Below are positions 11,448 to 22,924 of a DNA stretch of 64,000 nucleotides, piece by piece. A program made the position numbers and the translations under genes. Positions within the stretch are counted from its first letter, which is position 1; each line of letters begins with the position of its first letter. Below the pieces are notes generated by a model that was not told where the DNA came from, did not search any database, and saw only the letters and a list, made by a program, of their open reading frames with translations. The stretch is from Hamiltosporidium tvaerminnensis FI-OER-3-3 (lineage: Eukaryota; Fungi; Microsporidia): assembly GCA_022605425.2 (NCBI GenBank), contig CM061247.1, forward strand, positions 1,302,001 through 1,366,000, written 5' to 3'.

Positions 11448-12677
11448 TTATTTGCTAAAGAATATTAAATAGGACATAGAAATAAAAGAAAATAGAGATA
11501 TTAGTAGTGCTACGATAGATCCCGATTTAAATCTCGTTACCGAGAAAAGATAAAGAATGGATGGAAATAAATATACAACGAAGTTCATTACAGTGGCGCC
11601 AATAAACTTAATTAACTTTTCTAGATCAAGATCTATCAACCAAGAAATAAATATAAGTGTGGTGGATAGAATCAAACTTAAAATTAATTTGTCTTTTTCG
11701 TTTTTCTTTCGTCCCATTTCTATAACATTTTTTTTGGACAGTAAGTAGTAAATATTAAGGAAGGCATCTCTGGCTGGTTGTATTTGAATAGGAAAGGAAC
11801 ATACCGTTACTATAATAAAAGCAATGAGTGCCATTTTAATAAGTACTAAATTCTTATCCCAACTCTTTGTAGATATAAGTGTTTTTAGAATCTCTTGGTT
11901 TTTCATAAAATATTCTAAAATATTGTATTTTGAATTTTGCCCAATCAATATATAACCAACTAATCCTATTATTGTATAAATTATAGATCCTAGACATATA
12001 CTGATAAGAGACACGATGGTTATTGTTTTTAAATTTCTAGAATTTAATTCAGAATATATTTTTACAAGGTTTTGGTGACATCCAAGTGAAAATATTATTA
12101 TTGGAAGGGATAATGAAAAATCTGTATTGAATGGTATTATTATAACGTTTTCTATGTAATCTTTTAGTTTGAAATAGTAATAGATCATCAGTATTGCAAG
12201 ATATACAGTGGATATAACACTTATTATGGAGACATATCTTAATCTTGTAAGATTCTTTTGTATCGAAAGTATAAGAATTATGCTCATTAATATTATTTCT
12301 AGAAAAAGCGCCAAGTTTTTCGACTTAAAAAGTAGCGAAATCCAATTCTTTAAGGCAGTAAGATATACGAAACAACAACCAGTACCTTGAAGTATAAAAG
12401 AAATATCTGCAACATAAGAAAGTATTGGTGAAAATTTGTTACACACATTAAAATATGTAAGAATGTCTGTTTCTGATTTGCTTGTAGCGTATCCAATAGA
12501 ATATAAAGTAAAAAATGATAAAAAACCAAGAAATATTAAAATCACCGGTCCTAGAATATAACCCAGTCCACGAAAAGCACATGGAAGCATTATTACACCA
12601 GACCCCATCATTGTAGTTAACATAACAAAAACAGCCGAAAAAACTGACATTCCTTCTCTTTCTATAATTATTCTCAT
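11448..12677 (-). CDS. Amino-acid transporter, Aa_trans (AAAP/AVT) family
   Basis: SVFSAVFVMLTTMMGSGVIMLPCAFRGLG (TM1 motif), PIIIFSLGCHQNL, SFPIQIQPARDA; about 10-11 hydrophobic segments. Confidence 0.92.
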   Translation of the reverse strand: MRIIIEREGMSVFSAVFVMLTTMMGSGVIMLPCAFRGLGYILGPVILIFLGFLSFFTLYSIGYATSKSETDILTYFNVCNKFSPILSYVADISFILQGTGCCFVYLTALKNWISLLFKSKNLALFLEIILMSIILILSIQKNLTRLRYVSIISVISTVYLAILMIYYYFKLKDYIENVIIIPFNTDFSLSLPIIIFSLGCHQNLVKIYSELNSRNLKTITIVSLISICLGSIIYTIIGLVGYILIGQNSKYNILEYFMKNQEILKTLISTKSWDKNLVLIKMALIAFIIVTVCSFPIQIQPARDAFLNIYYLLSKKNVIEMGRKKNEKDKLILSLILSTTLIFISWLIDLDLEKLIKFIGATVMNFVVYLFPSILYLFSVTRFKSGSIVALLISLFSFISMSYLIFFSK

Positions 12678-13329
12678 TTCTTTATCTTCTATATTTTTAA
12701 ATATAAGTTACTTTTCAAATGATAAATTGCATTTTTTTGTTTGTCTAATTGATAGATTAACCAATATTTTCTACAGAATATTATTATTTTTAAATTATTT
12801 TTAAATCATGAATTAGATAAATGTTATATTAAATGACTAAAAATAAGTATATAAGTACTTCTTAAAAAAATTGAAAAATAATTTAATCTACAATTATAAT
12901 ATGTTTAATTATTTACGATCAAAGCAAAAATTATTTGATAAAATGTCTGAAAACACATTTTTCCATGAAAAAAGTATGAAAGCTACGCCTTCAAAAAAGT
13001 AAGAAGTAACAAATAAAATTAATCACAAAAAAAATATAAAATAATTAATCTCTTATAGTAAGATGAATATTTTTGAGAAAAAGATAAATTAAATTGAGAA
13101 AAATCATATTTGCCATTTTTTTTTCTAACATTAATTTTTACAATTTTTTCACTTAAAATTTTTCTCTTAATTATTCTAAATTATATTCAAATCATTTAAA
13201 TGTTTAAATTTCATGAAAATCTTATAATTATATATCAGATATATCAAAAAATTGAGAATTTGATTCATATTCATATAGATATAAAATATAATGAGATTAA
13301 TTTTTGGTTATACTTCTGTTTATATTTTA

Positions 13330-15190
13330 ATAAAAGGAGTTTCTAAATCAAAATGTTTCCTACCTTTATACATTTTCTCTTTCTAAATCCAACTTTTCAG
13401 TTATGTTTATTGTCCTTTCCCCTAATGGGGTTACTCCATCTATGTAGGTGAGTTCAATATTTTGTATTTACTCGTTTAACTTTTTTCAAGCTATTTCCGC
13501 TTTTAAAAAAGAATCTTGGTTGTTTCTGCATCTCAGATCCTTGTAAAAACACTATGTGAACCTCTTTCTCAGTTCCATTCGGAATTTGCATGGCCTCAAG
13601 CCTTCTTCGTCAATCAAGAGAAATCGTTTCGAGAGATTTCTTGATTACTGTCGACCGAAAGGCCTCTACATTAATGAATATTTGTAGTCTTTTAACATAC
13701 CTGCTATGGTATTTTTTTACAATACCGTTCCAGCTTAATACACAAGGAATTATCTTCCACTAACTTTATAAATAAGACCTAACCCATTCAATAATATGTC
13801 ATAATCCTTGAGATTTCTGTTTACACTATTTGAAGTGAGTCTTAGGAAGTGATTCCTTCTTAAATGAGGGTTATCTTATTCTGCCTCTGTTCCAAAATAA
13901 ATATTTTGAGTCACTTATTCAGAATCTTGATATGAGTTTTTATTTTTGTGTCTGCTCGCATCTCTATGTGCTTGTGATCCAGAATTTTTTATACTATTTG
14001 GCTCGTTATTCGTTTGACGACTTAAAATTTAAACTATTTAGTCGATGTAAATATATGCGTCATAACATTACCATGGTGTTTTCTACAGTCATATTCGTGC
14101 GATTTCTCTCATCGAGTCGCTAAATAGTCTAATTTTTTAATGTATTTGTTGCAGTGTTGACGCATACAGTCTGCACCCTATAATACATTTTTAAATTCGG
14201 TACAGCAGAACTTTTGGCAGCTCGCAGTTCTTTCTTTTTCTTAAACCATATTGAAAGAGAGACCGGTAATTTAAAACTCCTTATTTTACACTTCGCATTA
14301 CTTTGAATTCAGTTTTGTTTTGAATTTCGTTATATATGCGAACTAATTGAGCTTCTTCAAATTTCTTCTTTGTAGCTTATTCTTACAGCCTATATTTTAC
14401 TTTTAAAAATATTTAAAATGGGCAGGATGAGTTTAATTAGTATTCTTCGTCTTTAGAATAACTGGTTTTCGAGTTGCTTTTTTACCTTTATCTAGCCAAT
14501 TTAAAAGTTACAAAAGCATGTGTTCGCGTCACCTTGAAACGCTATGAAAAACTCTTCCAAATTCTGTTCTAGGAAGCAGAAAACACATTTTACATCCCGG
14601 GCGAAAATGAACCTTGTTTTTTTATAAACATACAGGCAGTTAATGATCTAATCTTAAGAAATCCGCCGGTTCAAGTCGATGTTATCATATGTGAATGTCT
14701 ATCAAAGATATTGCATGTTGATTAATTGCAGAAATAAAGATTTTGCATTTAAGTTAGTGCGAAAGGTCTTGCAACTTTCATATCAGTTTAATCTGAACTT
14801 CCTCAAATTTTCTACATATTTGGAACTCATCTGCTATCTTGTATTATTCCAAGACATTTATAAACACCATTTCCCCAATGAAACGAACCAGTATTTTCAC
14901 AAAATAGGTGATTAATGGTCGAATTCTTTCGGTAATTTCAAATCCATTGGCCTTTTAAAATATTTTAGCCGCTCTTTTCATACCTCTCAATGCATAGTTG
15001 TCTGTTACAAATAGCATAAAACCATCAATTAACAATACAAGATTAGTAGAGTGTAATGCACCCTACGTTTTTCTTGTCGCTTTTTTGTATTTTTCATCCA
15101 GTTTGTATCCTAATAGACTATACACAATCAAACAACAATTGTGACAAAAGTTCTGCTTTCATTATTCCTCTTAAAGAAATTTAAAATTAC
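13330..15190 (-). mobile_element. 5'-truncated, heavily decayed copy of the R4-like non-LTR element
   Basis: Reverse complement aligns with ~47290-49150 (e.g. aagaccttgtttt/tacatcccgggcg, gccggttcaagtcg, cttgagatttctgtttacactatttgaagtgagtc); no intact ORF. Confidence 0.8.
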
Positions 15191-15461
15191 CTTTTTCTAT
15201 TAATCTTAAGGAGTGGTTAAAATTGTGGAATAAAGTATTAAAAAAAGGGAAAAAAACTGCCTCAAAATTTAATTTATAGTTTTTTTATCGTAATCCTTTA
15301 CGATATTAAAAAAAATTAAAGAAATTCCGTCCTAATAAAATTTTCAAATTCTTTTCTATTTTCATGAATTTTTTTAAAAAAACCATTTAATGAGGTTTCT
15401 ATTTCTTTAGTATAAGATTTTAATATTGGATTTACTAAAGAAATCATGAATCTGGATTCGA

Positions 15462-16662
15462 TCATTCTATTAAAAAAAATGTATATTCAACCATTATAAT
15501 CACTAAACACTCCCATGGAGAATTATATTTATCTTTGTAGATCATGATAGCCTGACATAAAAAATTTAAAAAACTGTTTTTGATTTCAGAAGTGACTAGA
15601 ATGCCACGATTATCATCAAAAATATAATTATTTTCACATCTATCATGCGTAGATACTAAAAAATTAGACATATTTTGAATTTCTGTTAATACTTTGGTAA
15701 TTATAGCAAAGGAGTTTTTAAATGAGACAAATGCAGAATTTATATAAAAAATTCACGATCTAAATCTTATTTTGAAGGGAAGCTTTCTGATATTTCGATG
15801 TCATCTATTATAAAATATGATTCAGCTCTATTATAATTGTTTAAAGTATTAAATTGATTTAATAAAGCTTGTGCAAGCATTTCATGATTTTATTGAGAAA
15901 TAAAATACTCGGAATAGAAAGCACAATAAAAGATTTATATATTGGTAGTATGACTTCGAATAGAATATTCAAGCATTTCTAATATTCTTGAATATTCATA
16001 AAAAATTTTTTAAAATTGGTTATAACATCCAAAATATTATCTCTTCTAAAGTTATATTTTAACAGTTCCTTCAAACAAGAATTAAATTTTTTATTATATT
16101 TAGGTTTAAAGTATATTTTGATAATGAAAGTTTCAAAAGATCGAATATTTCACTCAACGTTTAAAAATATTTCTTGTTTGATCTGAATCAACCGTAAAAC
16201 AAAGTTATTTTTGATAAAAAAATAAATTAAATGGTAAATTCATATCCATATTATCAATATGCGTAGACACATTTTTAATATTGTTACAAATTTTTAAAAA
16301 CACAAAGATTCCTTTAGAATACTAATCTAAATAGATTTGAAATTTGTGTAGGAATGTATTTAAGTCAGAAATCCATGTTTTTCTTTGTAAAAAATTAAGT
16401 TTTTTTCCAGATTTTGTTCATCAAAAGAATAAAATAAAATAATTACTCTGTTAAATATTTTCTTAAAAAATATAAATTTCTTTGTGACATTCTTCAAATA
16501 TAAAATGTCCTTTTTTATTTTATCGTGCTTTTCAAATATTTTTATAAACTGCTTATTTACCTTTTCTCTTTCAAGAATAGTTTCATCGATATTCAGATTC
16601 GGAAAATGTAAAATTTTAAAAAGTTGTATATAATATAAAAAATAAATGGAGATTTGGTTCAT
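15462..16662 (-). pseudogene. Fragmented lineage-specific gene (two ORF remnants, 100 aa and 69 aa)
   Basis: CCC-ATG context at 16662 with a hydrophobic N-terminus; coding-like composition continues through stops to 15462. Confidence 0.35.
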
Positions 16663-17100
16663 GGGATAAGGTTTTTATAGATATAAGTAATCGGTAAAAT
16701 ATTTTAATTTCGAACATTCGTATAGGTTTCCTAATATAGAATTATTTATTTCTCGTAAAAAATAAAATGTATGCCATCATTCAAAATAAAAAATTTATTA
16801 AAATAATTTTTAAAACCGATTTCTCAAATAAGTATTATAAAGTAGTGTTTTAATTATTAACCTAATTCTGAAATAAATAATATTTTTTTTGTAGAATCAT
16901 AATGTTACAGAAGAAAAAAAAAATACTTGTATTATTTGAATAAGGGTGGATCTAATCGACAAACAATGTATCAAGTATTTTAAGAAACATGCAATTAAAG
17001 CCAATATACATTTTTTCAACGAATTTGGAGGTGAATTGAGTCAAATTATATGTAGTATTTTTCTGCATATGTGATTTTTTGGCGTTAAACTACCGAAATT

Positions 17101-17170
17101 GCGCCAATGGTCTAGTAGTGAGGATATCATATTTTCTTTGAGGGTCCGGGTTCGATCCTAGGTTATCGCA
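17101..17170 (+). tRNA. Degenerate tRNA (Glu/Gly-like scaffold); pseudogene or SINE head
   Basis: A box TGGTCTAGTAG, B box GGTTCGATCC, acceptor gcgccaa/ttatcgc with two mismatches, followed by a T-run; anticodon and T stems imperfect so the isotype cannot be assigned. Confidence 0.6.
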
Positions 17171-17933
17171 CTTTTTATCTTTCGTAGAAGAAGGTTTAGG
17201 TTGGACTGACAACCTAAACAATCAAAAGAAAAACGTCTCTGGAACGCCTATAACTTGGCAAAGCTTTAATTCACTTTTGGATTTTGTCCCATTCATAGGA
17301 AAAGGAACGAAATATAACTTAAAATGGAAATGGTATGGGATGACATAAAATATATTTTTATAAGAATTGATAATATGGCAAGGTAAAACTATACATTAAA
17401 GAGAAAAAATAAAAATATGTTCTTATTTAATGGCTAATATTTCGATTGCTACTTTTCCCAAATTTTTTCATGATATTTTTAGGCTATTTTGAATGTTTTA
17501 TAGGAAATTAAACGGATTGTTACGTGTAGTAAGGCACGGGGATTGTATGGTTTAAAAATTTAAACATTGACTGGTTATATAACGAAAAAAAGTAAATGAA
17601 AATGTATGTAGTATTCTGCCACATAATTATGGGTTATTAGATTTCCTTATAAGATAAAAAATTATAGTTTATGAAACCCAATAGTGGAAGAAAGAAAACA
17701 AAAGAACTGGAGTAATGATATAAATAAACCTTTCCTTTTGAAAAACAATTCTTTGGTTACACAGATCAACAAACCCTTTATTTTAAAAGATAGAGCCAGT
17801 CTAAATCAAAGATATCTTTTATCTGGGTGCCTTGAGAGAAATTACGACAGTAATTTTATATAAAAAATACATATTTTTTCAAAATTTTTTTCGTCTAATT
17901 ATATTTAATAAATAATAATTTATTTTCGACATA

Positions 17934-18665
17934 AGGTGGTGGAGGGAGGATAACCACATAAAAAACTTTCTGCTTGGCAATGAGTGTGTGAAACTGTTGT
18001 GAGATCATTGTTTGGATTTTTGGTGGGAATAAAACCCACTACATCTTCGGGTGTTCGATGCGAGTTGTTACGAGGAGGAGAAATCTACAAAATAGCGAAG
18101 CTTTTTCTACAAATTTATTTGTAGCTTTTTGTGTAACTAGATGCAGACCGCGGCTGAACTTATAGGCAATCTTCATGTAAAAGTATGGAAACCTAGCCAT
18201 GCTCACTCGGATAAAAAGACTTAACGACTGGGAGATATAAAAATTAAAACCATTAAAAGCCAGTAAGGCTAAGTAGCGGGTTATATCTGTTGGTATAACA
18301 TTGCACTGTCTAGGTTGACCCCATGTAAATCTCAGAAATATATCCTAGCTAGAAGTTTATTGGGTTCAGAAAGTGTAGAGAAAGTGGGAATGCTGCATAG
18401 TCTTGGGGGAGCCCAGGGGGGGCTTCGGCCTTCGATCACACTCCATGCAACGGACATTAACGAACTCCGGGCAACTGCCTCGCCTATTAAATTAGGTTCT
18501 ACACACCTGGTAGATGAAAGGCTTTGGGACGTAGGTATCGCAGGGGTTACCGATGGAGTGTTGGGGTAGCAGTTATTTATGTTAAACCTAGAACTGCGTT
18601 AATGTCATAAAAACAAATATAACACTTGCCACTATTGTAAAAAGATGTGATATTTTTAAATAAAG
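17934..18665 (+). mobile_element. Family A element, copy A3 (well preserved)
   Basis: aggtggtggagggaggataaccacat ... gatgtgatatttttaaataaag; flanking duplication core ttcgacata at 17925-17933 and 18675-18683, within an imperfect 18-bp TSD. Confidence 0.93.
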
Positions 18666-18944
18666 TAATATTGATTCGACATAAGTTTTTTTTGGTAAAT
18701 ATTCTGATTTATATTTACAGGGAAAATCAATTGGCAAGAAAATAATTTTTGTTTAAAAGATAGTAAATCATGGATAAAAATGCAATTCATCATGTATACA
18801 TTTTAAAATGCTATACGCAATTTATAAACTAGTAATATAAATACGGAGGATACTTATTTCACAACCGCATTACATTTTACAATATTATGTTTCATTTTTT
18901 TGCCATAAAGCAGTTAATAGCAAAAACATAATTTACAACTATAT

Positions 18945-19245
18945 TTCATTTTGAAGAAGAAACAAATTTCGTCATTATTATAGAACGAAGGAAACTTAGA
19001 CGGCTAGGAAAGGTAGAAGGAATGTCGACGGAAGGAGCTGTTAACAAAATTCTTATATCTGCACCCGAACGTAAGACAAGACGAGGTAGACTGAGAAAAA
19101 GATGGCTAGATGAGGCGAAAAAATATATTAGAAAACTCAAAGTATTTCAATGAAAGAACTTGTTGTACAATAGATAAGAATGGGGGAGAATCGTTAAGGA
19201 GGCTCGAGCTCTCCAAGAGCAGTAGCGCTGCGGAGCTATTTGATT
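18945..19245 (+). mobile_element. 3' end fragment of an RTE-clade LINE
   Basis: Translates to LRRLGKVEGMSTEGAVNKILISAPERKTRRGRLRKRWLDE...W..IVKEARA, the typical RTE C-terminus (RLRWLGHV.RM...R.RGRP.KRW.D), ending ...cagtagcgc. Confidence 0.75.
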
Positions 19246-19904
19246 AGTTTATTTTATAATTCGCATTTTTTTATAACTACATCCTGTTTTACATTTGTTT
19301 CTCAAATATTAATTTTAAATTATTCAGTTTAGAAAAATCATTTATTTTTACAACTTTATTTCTTAGTACATATCCCTGTTCACAAATGTAAACATTGTTT
19401 GACACAAATGATTTCATATTCTTTAGAAATAAAATTTTGAAAAATAATTAATTTATCCTGGTTTGGTAAATGCTTTATATTCTTCAAGCAGATTGGGGGT
19501 TTGAGATAGCAGCATAGCCCATAAAACAATTGAATTAAAAGTTTCTATGAAATAATTACTTGTGATTTTTTTTATATCTATAAGTATAAAAACCCAAAAA
19601 ATTAATCGTAGTAAAAGACATGATTTCTTTTGAATTAAAGCCTTTTTATGTTTTCTTTAAAACCTATATACTATAAAACATGCCATAGTATTATGAATAA
19701 CAGATGTGGTATATACCACTGATATCTTATATCAGTATATATTTATATTTCAAGAACACAGTAGCATTTTTTTTGAATAGAAATATCGATAATTATACTA
19801 CTTAGATATGATAAGTCGTCATTAAGAATTTTATGCATTTTTTTTCTGTTGAAAAAGCTTATTATTTTTAACAAACCAAAATTTGTTTTTAGAAGAAAGG
19901 GATT

Positions 19905-20625
19905 GATTTAAAAATATCACATCTTGTTAAAAACTTGGCATAAAATATTTTTTTTCATGAAATTACACGGTTCTTAGTTTAGTATAAGTAACAGCTCTCT
20001 AATTTCATCGGTATCTCTTACGATACCTACATACCAAAGCCTTTCATCTAAAAGGTGTGTAAACACAAATTACTTGCAAGTAAATTATTTAGACAGCGAT
20101 AATTCCGATTACCCGAAGTCTGATCGCCAGTCAACACCCGCTTTAGGTTCTCTATACATCAGCATCATTTCTACTTAATCTACAATTGCCGAATCTAATA
20201 GAATTCCAGCTAAAATGTATCTCCCACTTATATGGCACCCACCTAGATTTTGTAATGCCATATAAACAGGTATACCCCGCTACTCAGTATTTCTGGCTTT
20301 ATAAACAGTTTTTTTTTAGTATCTCACAGGCACTAAGTCTTTTAAACCATGTGAGAAAGGTAGGGTTTCAATACTTTTACATGGAAAATACCTAAATTTT
20401 CAGGCTTGGTTTTCAATATAGTTTTTAAAAAACCACAAGGTAAGTTTGCAAAAAAAAAATCATTCTTTTGTAGACCTTCGCTTCAGAAAAAAACACCGAC
20501 TGATCAACCGACAATTTACTGTTGTTTTCTTCCCACCAAAAATCTAAACAATCACATTCAGATCATTCATATAATCATTAACATGCATATGATTTTTAAT
20601 ATGAATATGTTTATCCTTTCTCCAT
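19905..20625 (-). mobile_element. Family A element, copy A4 (diverged, inverted)
   Basis: Same orientation and motif order as A1 (aaaatatcacatct, cgatacctac, aaagcctttcatcta, cacctaga, gctactcag, ttcccaccaaaaatctaaacaat). Confidence 0.85.
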
Positions 20626-20666
20626 GCATTAGAAGTAAAACAAATAAAATAATTTTTTACAAATTA

Positions 20667-20960
20667 AAATTTTATTTTCTGAAATATAAACTTCGACTTT
20701 AAAATTATTTCCAATAAATAAATGTAAATTTCAGTATAAATTTTATTTTCTGAAATATAAACTTCATTTTAAAATTATTTCCAGTAAATAAATGTAAATT
20801 TCAGTATAAATTTTATTTTCTGAAATATAAACTTCGACTTTAAAATTATTTCCAGTAAATAAATGTAAATTTCAGTATAAATTTTATTTTCTGAAATATA
20901 AACTTCGACTTTAAAATTATTTCCAGTAAATAAATGTAAATTTCAGTATAAATTTTATTT
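20667..20960. repeat. Minisatellite, 71-bp unit, about 4 copies
   Basis: aaattttattttctgaaatataaacttcgactttaaaattatttccagtaaataaatgtaaatttcagtat repeated head to tail with no spacers. Confidence 0.92.
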
Positions 20961-21253
20961 CTTTAATTTATAACTTATTTTTAATTTAAGTTATAACTTA
21001 ATTTTATTTTTTTTTTAATTTTATTTTTAATTTTATTTCTTTACTAATAATGCGATCTGAGAGAAAGATAGTGTTATACATTTAAAAACAAAAAATTACA
21101 CTCTTATTTCAAATGAAGGACATACTCTAGACGAACCGACAATAAATATAAATGAAGAGTCGTATTTAGAAGAAGAAAATATCTAAAAGTGGAATAAAAA
21201 CATTTTAACCCTGAAATCTATTAAATAAAAGTAATTCTTATTAAATAGTTAAT

Positions 21254-21983
21254 AGGTGGAGGGAGGATAACCACATAAAAAACTTTCTGCTTGGCAATGA
21301 TTGTGTGAAACTGGTGTGAGATCATTGTTTGGATTTTTGGTGGGAATACAACCACACTACATCTTCGGTTGTTCCATGGGAGTTGTTATGAGGAGGAGAG
21401 GTCTAAGAAATGGTGAAACTTTTTCTACGAATTTATTTGTAGTTTTTTATGTAACCAGATTGCAGACCGCAGCTGAACATGTAGGTAATCGCCATGTAAA
21501 AGCATGGAAACCTAGCCTTGCTTACTCGGGTTAGAAGACTTAGCGCCTGGGAGATATAAAAATAAAACCCATTAAAAGCCGGGAGAGCTAAGTAGCAGGT
21601 TATACCTGTTGGTATGACATTGCACTGTCTAGGTGGACCCCATGTAAGTCTCTGAAATATATCTTAGCTAGAAGTTTATTGGGTTCAGAAAGTGTAGAGT
21701 AAGTGGGAATGCTGCATAGTCTTGGGGGATCCCAGGGTGGGCTTCGGCCTTCGATCACACTCCATGCAACGGACATTAACGAACTCCGGGCAACTGCCTC
21801 GCCTATTAATTAGGTTCTACACACCTGGTAGATGAAAGGCTTTGGGACGTAGGTATCGCAGGGGTTACCGATGGAGTGTTGGGGTAGCAGTTATTTATGT
21901 TAAACCTAGAACTGCGTTAATGTCATGAAAACAAATATAACACTTGCCACTATTGTAAAAAGATGTGATATTTTTAAATAAAG
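21254..21983 (+). mobile_element. Family A element, copy A5 (well preserved, perfect TSD)
   Basis: Perfect 15-bp TSD tattaaatagttaat at 21239-21253 and 21984-21998; 3' third almost identical to A3. Confidence 0.95.
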
Positions 21984-22345
21984 TATTAAATAGTTAATTA
22001 TTTTTTAATATAAAATGCAATAAAATAAAATAAAAAAATATAAATAAAACTTATTATTTATTTCATGCTTTTATAAATCTGTTATTTAAAAATTAATTTA
22101 AATAAAATTTAAAGTTTTCTATTTTTAATCCATAGGAATTTCTTAAATTCTCAAAATTAATTAAATAAAATCTAAAGTTTTCTATTTTTAATTCTAATTT
22201 CTTAATTTCTTAAATAATTTAAAAATCCTATTATTTTTCTAGATTTCTAAAAATTATGTCATTAAACATAAAATAAACAAATAAAACCATCAAAAATATA
22301 ATTAAAGAGAAAAAACAAATACAATAAAAAAAAGCGGTACCCCTT

Positions 22346-22924
22346 ATGGAATCCTTAAAAAAACTTGCAGTAAAATTTCCTGTTCTTGCGCAACTTGAAT
22401 CAAAAACACAAGGAAAAATGAAACAAGAATATTCTGTAGTGGTGGCTATTTCATTAGTAGTAATAATTATATTATCTACACCCATTGGTGGTATTTTAGG
22501 TAGTTTATGTGCTGTTTTAGTACCGATGAAAGAAACCTTGACACTTCTTAAACAGGTAAATCCTAAGAAAGAAGAATTTAGACATGCCGTGATATTTTGG
22601 TTATTCTTTTCTTTTTTACTTTTTTTAGATGCCTATCTGGCATTCTTGTTGGCTATGATACCTCTTTATACGATATTGAGATTTATCTTTTTACTTTGGA
22701 TAGGTCCATGTAAATTTGGTGGTACAGCCTTTTTATATGAAAATATTTTAGCAAAAATACCAGAAAAGTTCTATTCATATGATACACCTGAAGATGCGAT
22801 TAAAAGTGCTGCTAAAGTCGCTAAAGATGCTTTTAATTCAACTGCTAAAAATGGTACGAGTAAAATACAAGAAGAAGGTGTTAAAAAGGTAATTAGACCA
22901 GAGGGGGATAAGAAAAATGAATAA
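22346..22924 (+). CDS. YOP1: ER-shaping protein YOP1/REEP5 (TB2/DP1/HVA22 family)
   Basis: FPVLAQLESKTQ.K..Y, hydrophobic hairpins, FWLFFSFLLFLD, IPLYTILRFIFLLW..P..FGGTAFLYENIL; CCCC-tt-ATG context. Confidence 0.88.
   Translation: MESLKKLAVKFPVLAQLESKTQGKMKQEYSVVVAISLVVIIILSTPIGGILGSLCAVLVPMKETLTLLKQVNPKKEEFRHAVIFWLFFSFLLFLDAYLAFLLAMIPLYTILRFIFLLWIGPCKFGGTAFLYENILAKIPEKFYSYDTPEDAIKSAAKVAKDAFNSTAKNGTSKIQEEGVKKVIRPEGDKKNE

Noticed and set aside
18315-18569. Small ORFs inside family A copies (also 20186, 20406, 21301, 57005)
   Set aside because: Not conserved in frame or start between copies; no recognisable protein
20667-20960. Possible CRISPR array
   Set aside because: Units are contiguous and near-identical with no unique spacers; eukaryotic context and no cas genes
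21285-21315. Hammerhead-like gcaatgag...gaaac in family A and ctgctt...gaaa in family B
   Set aside because: The CUGANGA core is absent and stems I and III cannot be formed
21400-21750. Group I intron-like words in family A (gaccgcagc, agaagactta, gcatagtctt)
   Set aside because: No convincing P3 or P4 pairing could be built, and TSD-flanked dispersed copies do not fit a group I intron; an Infernal search would settle it
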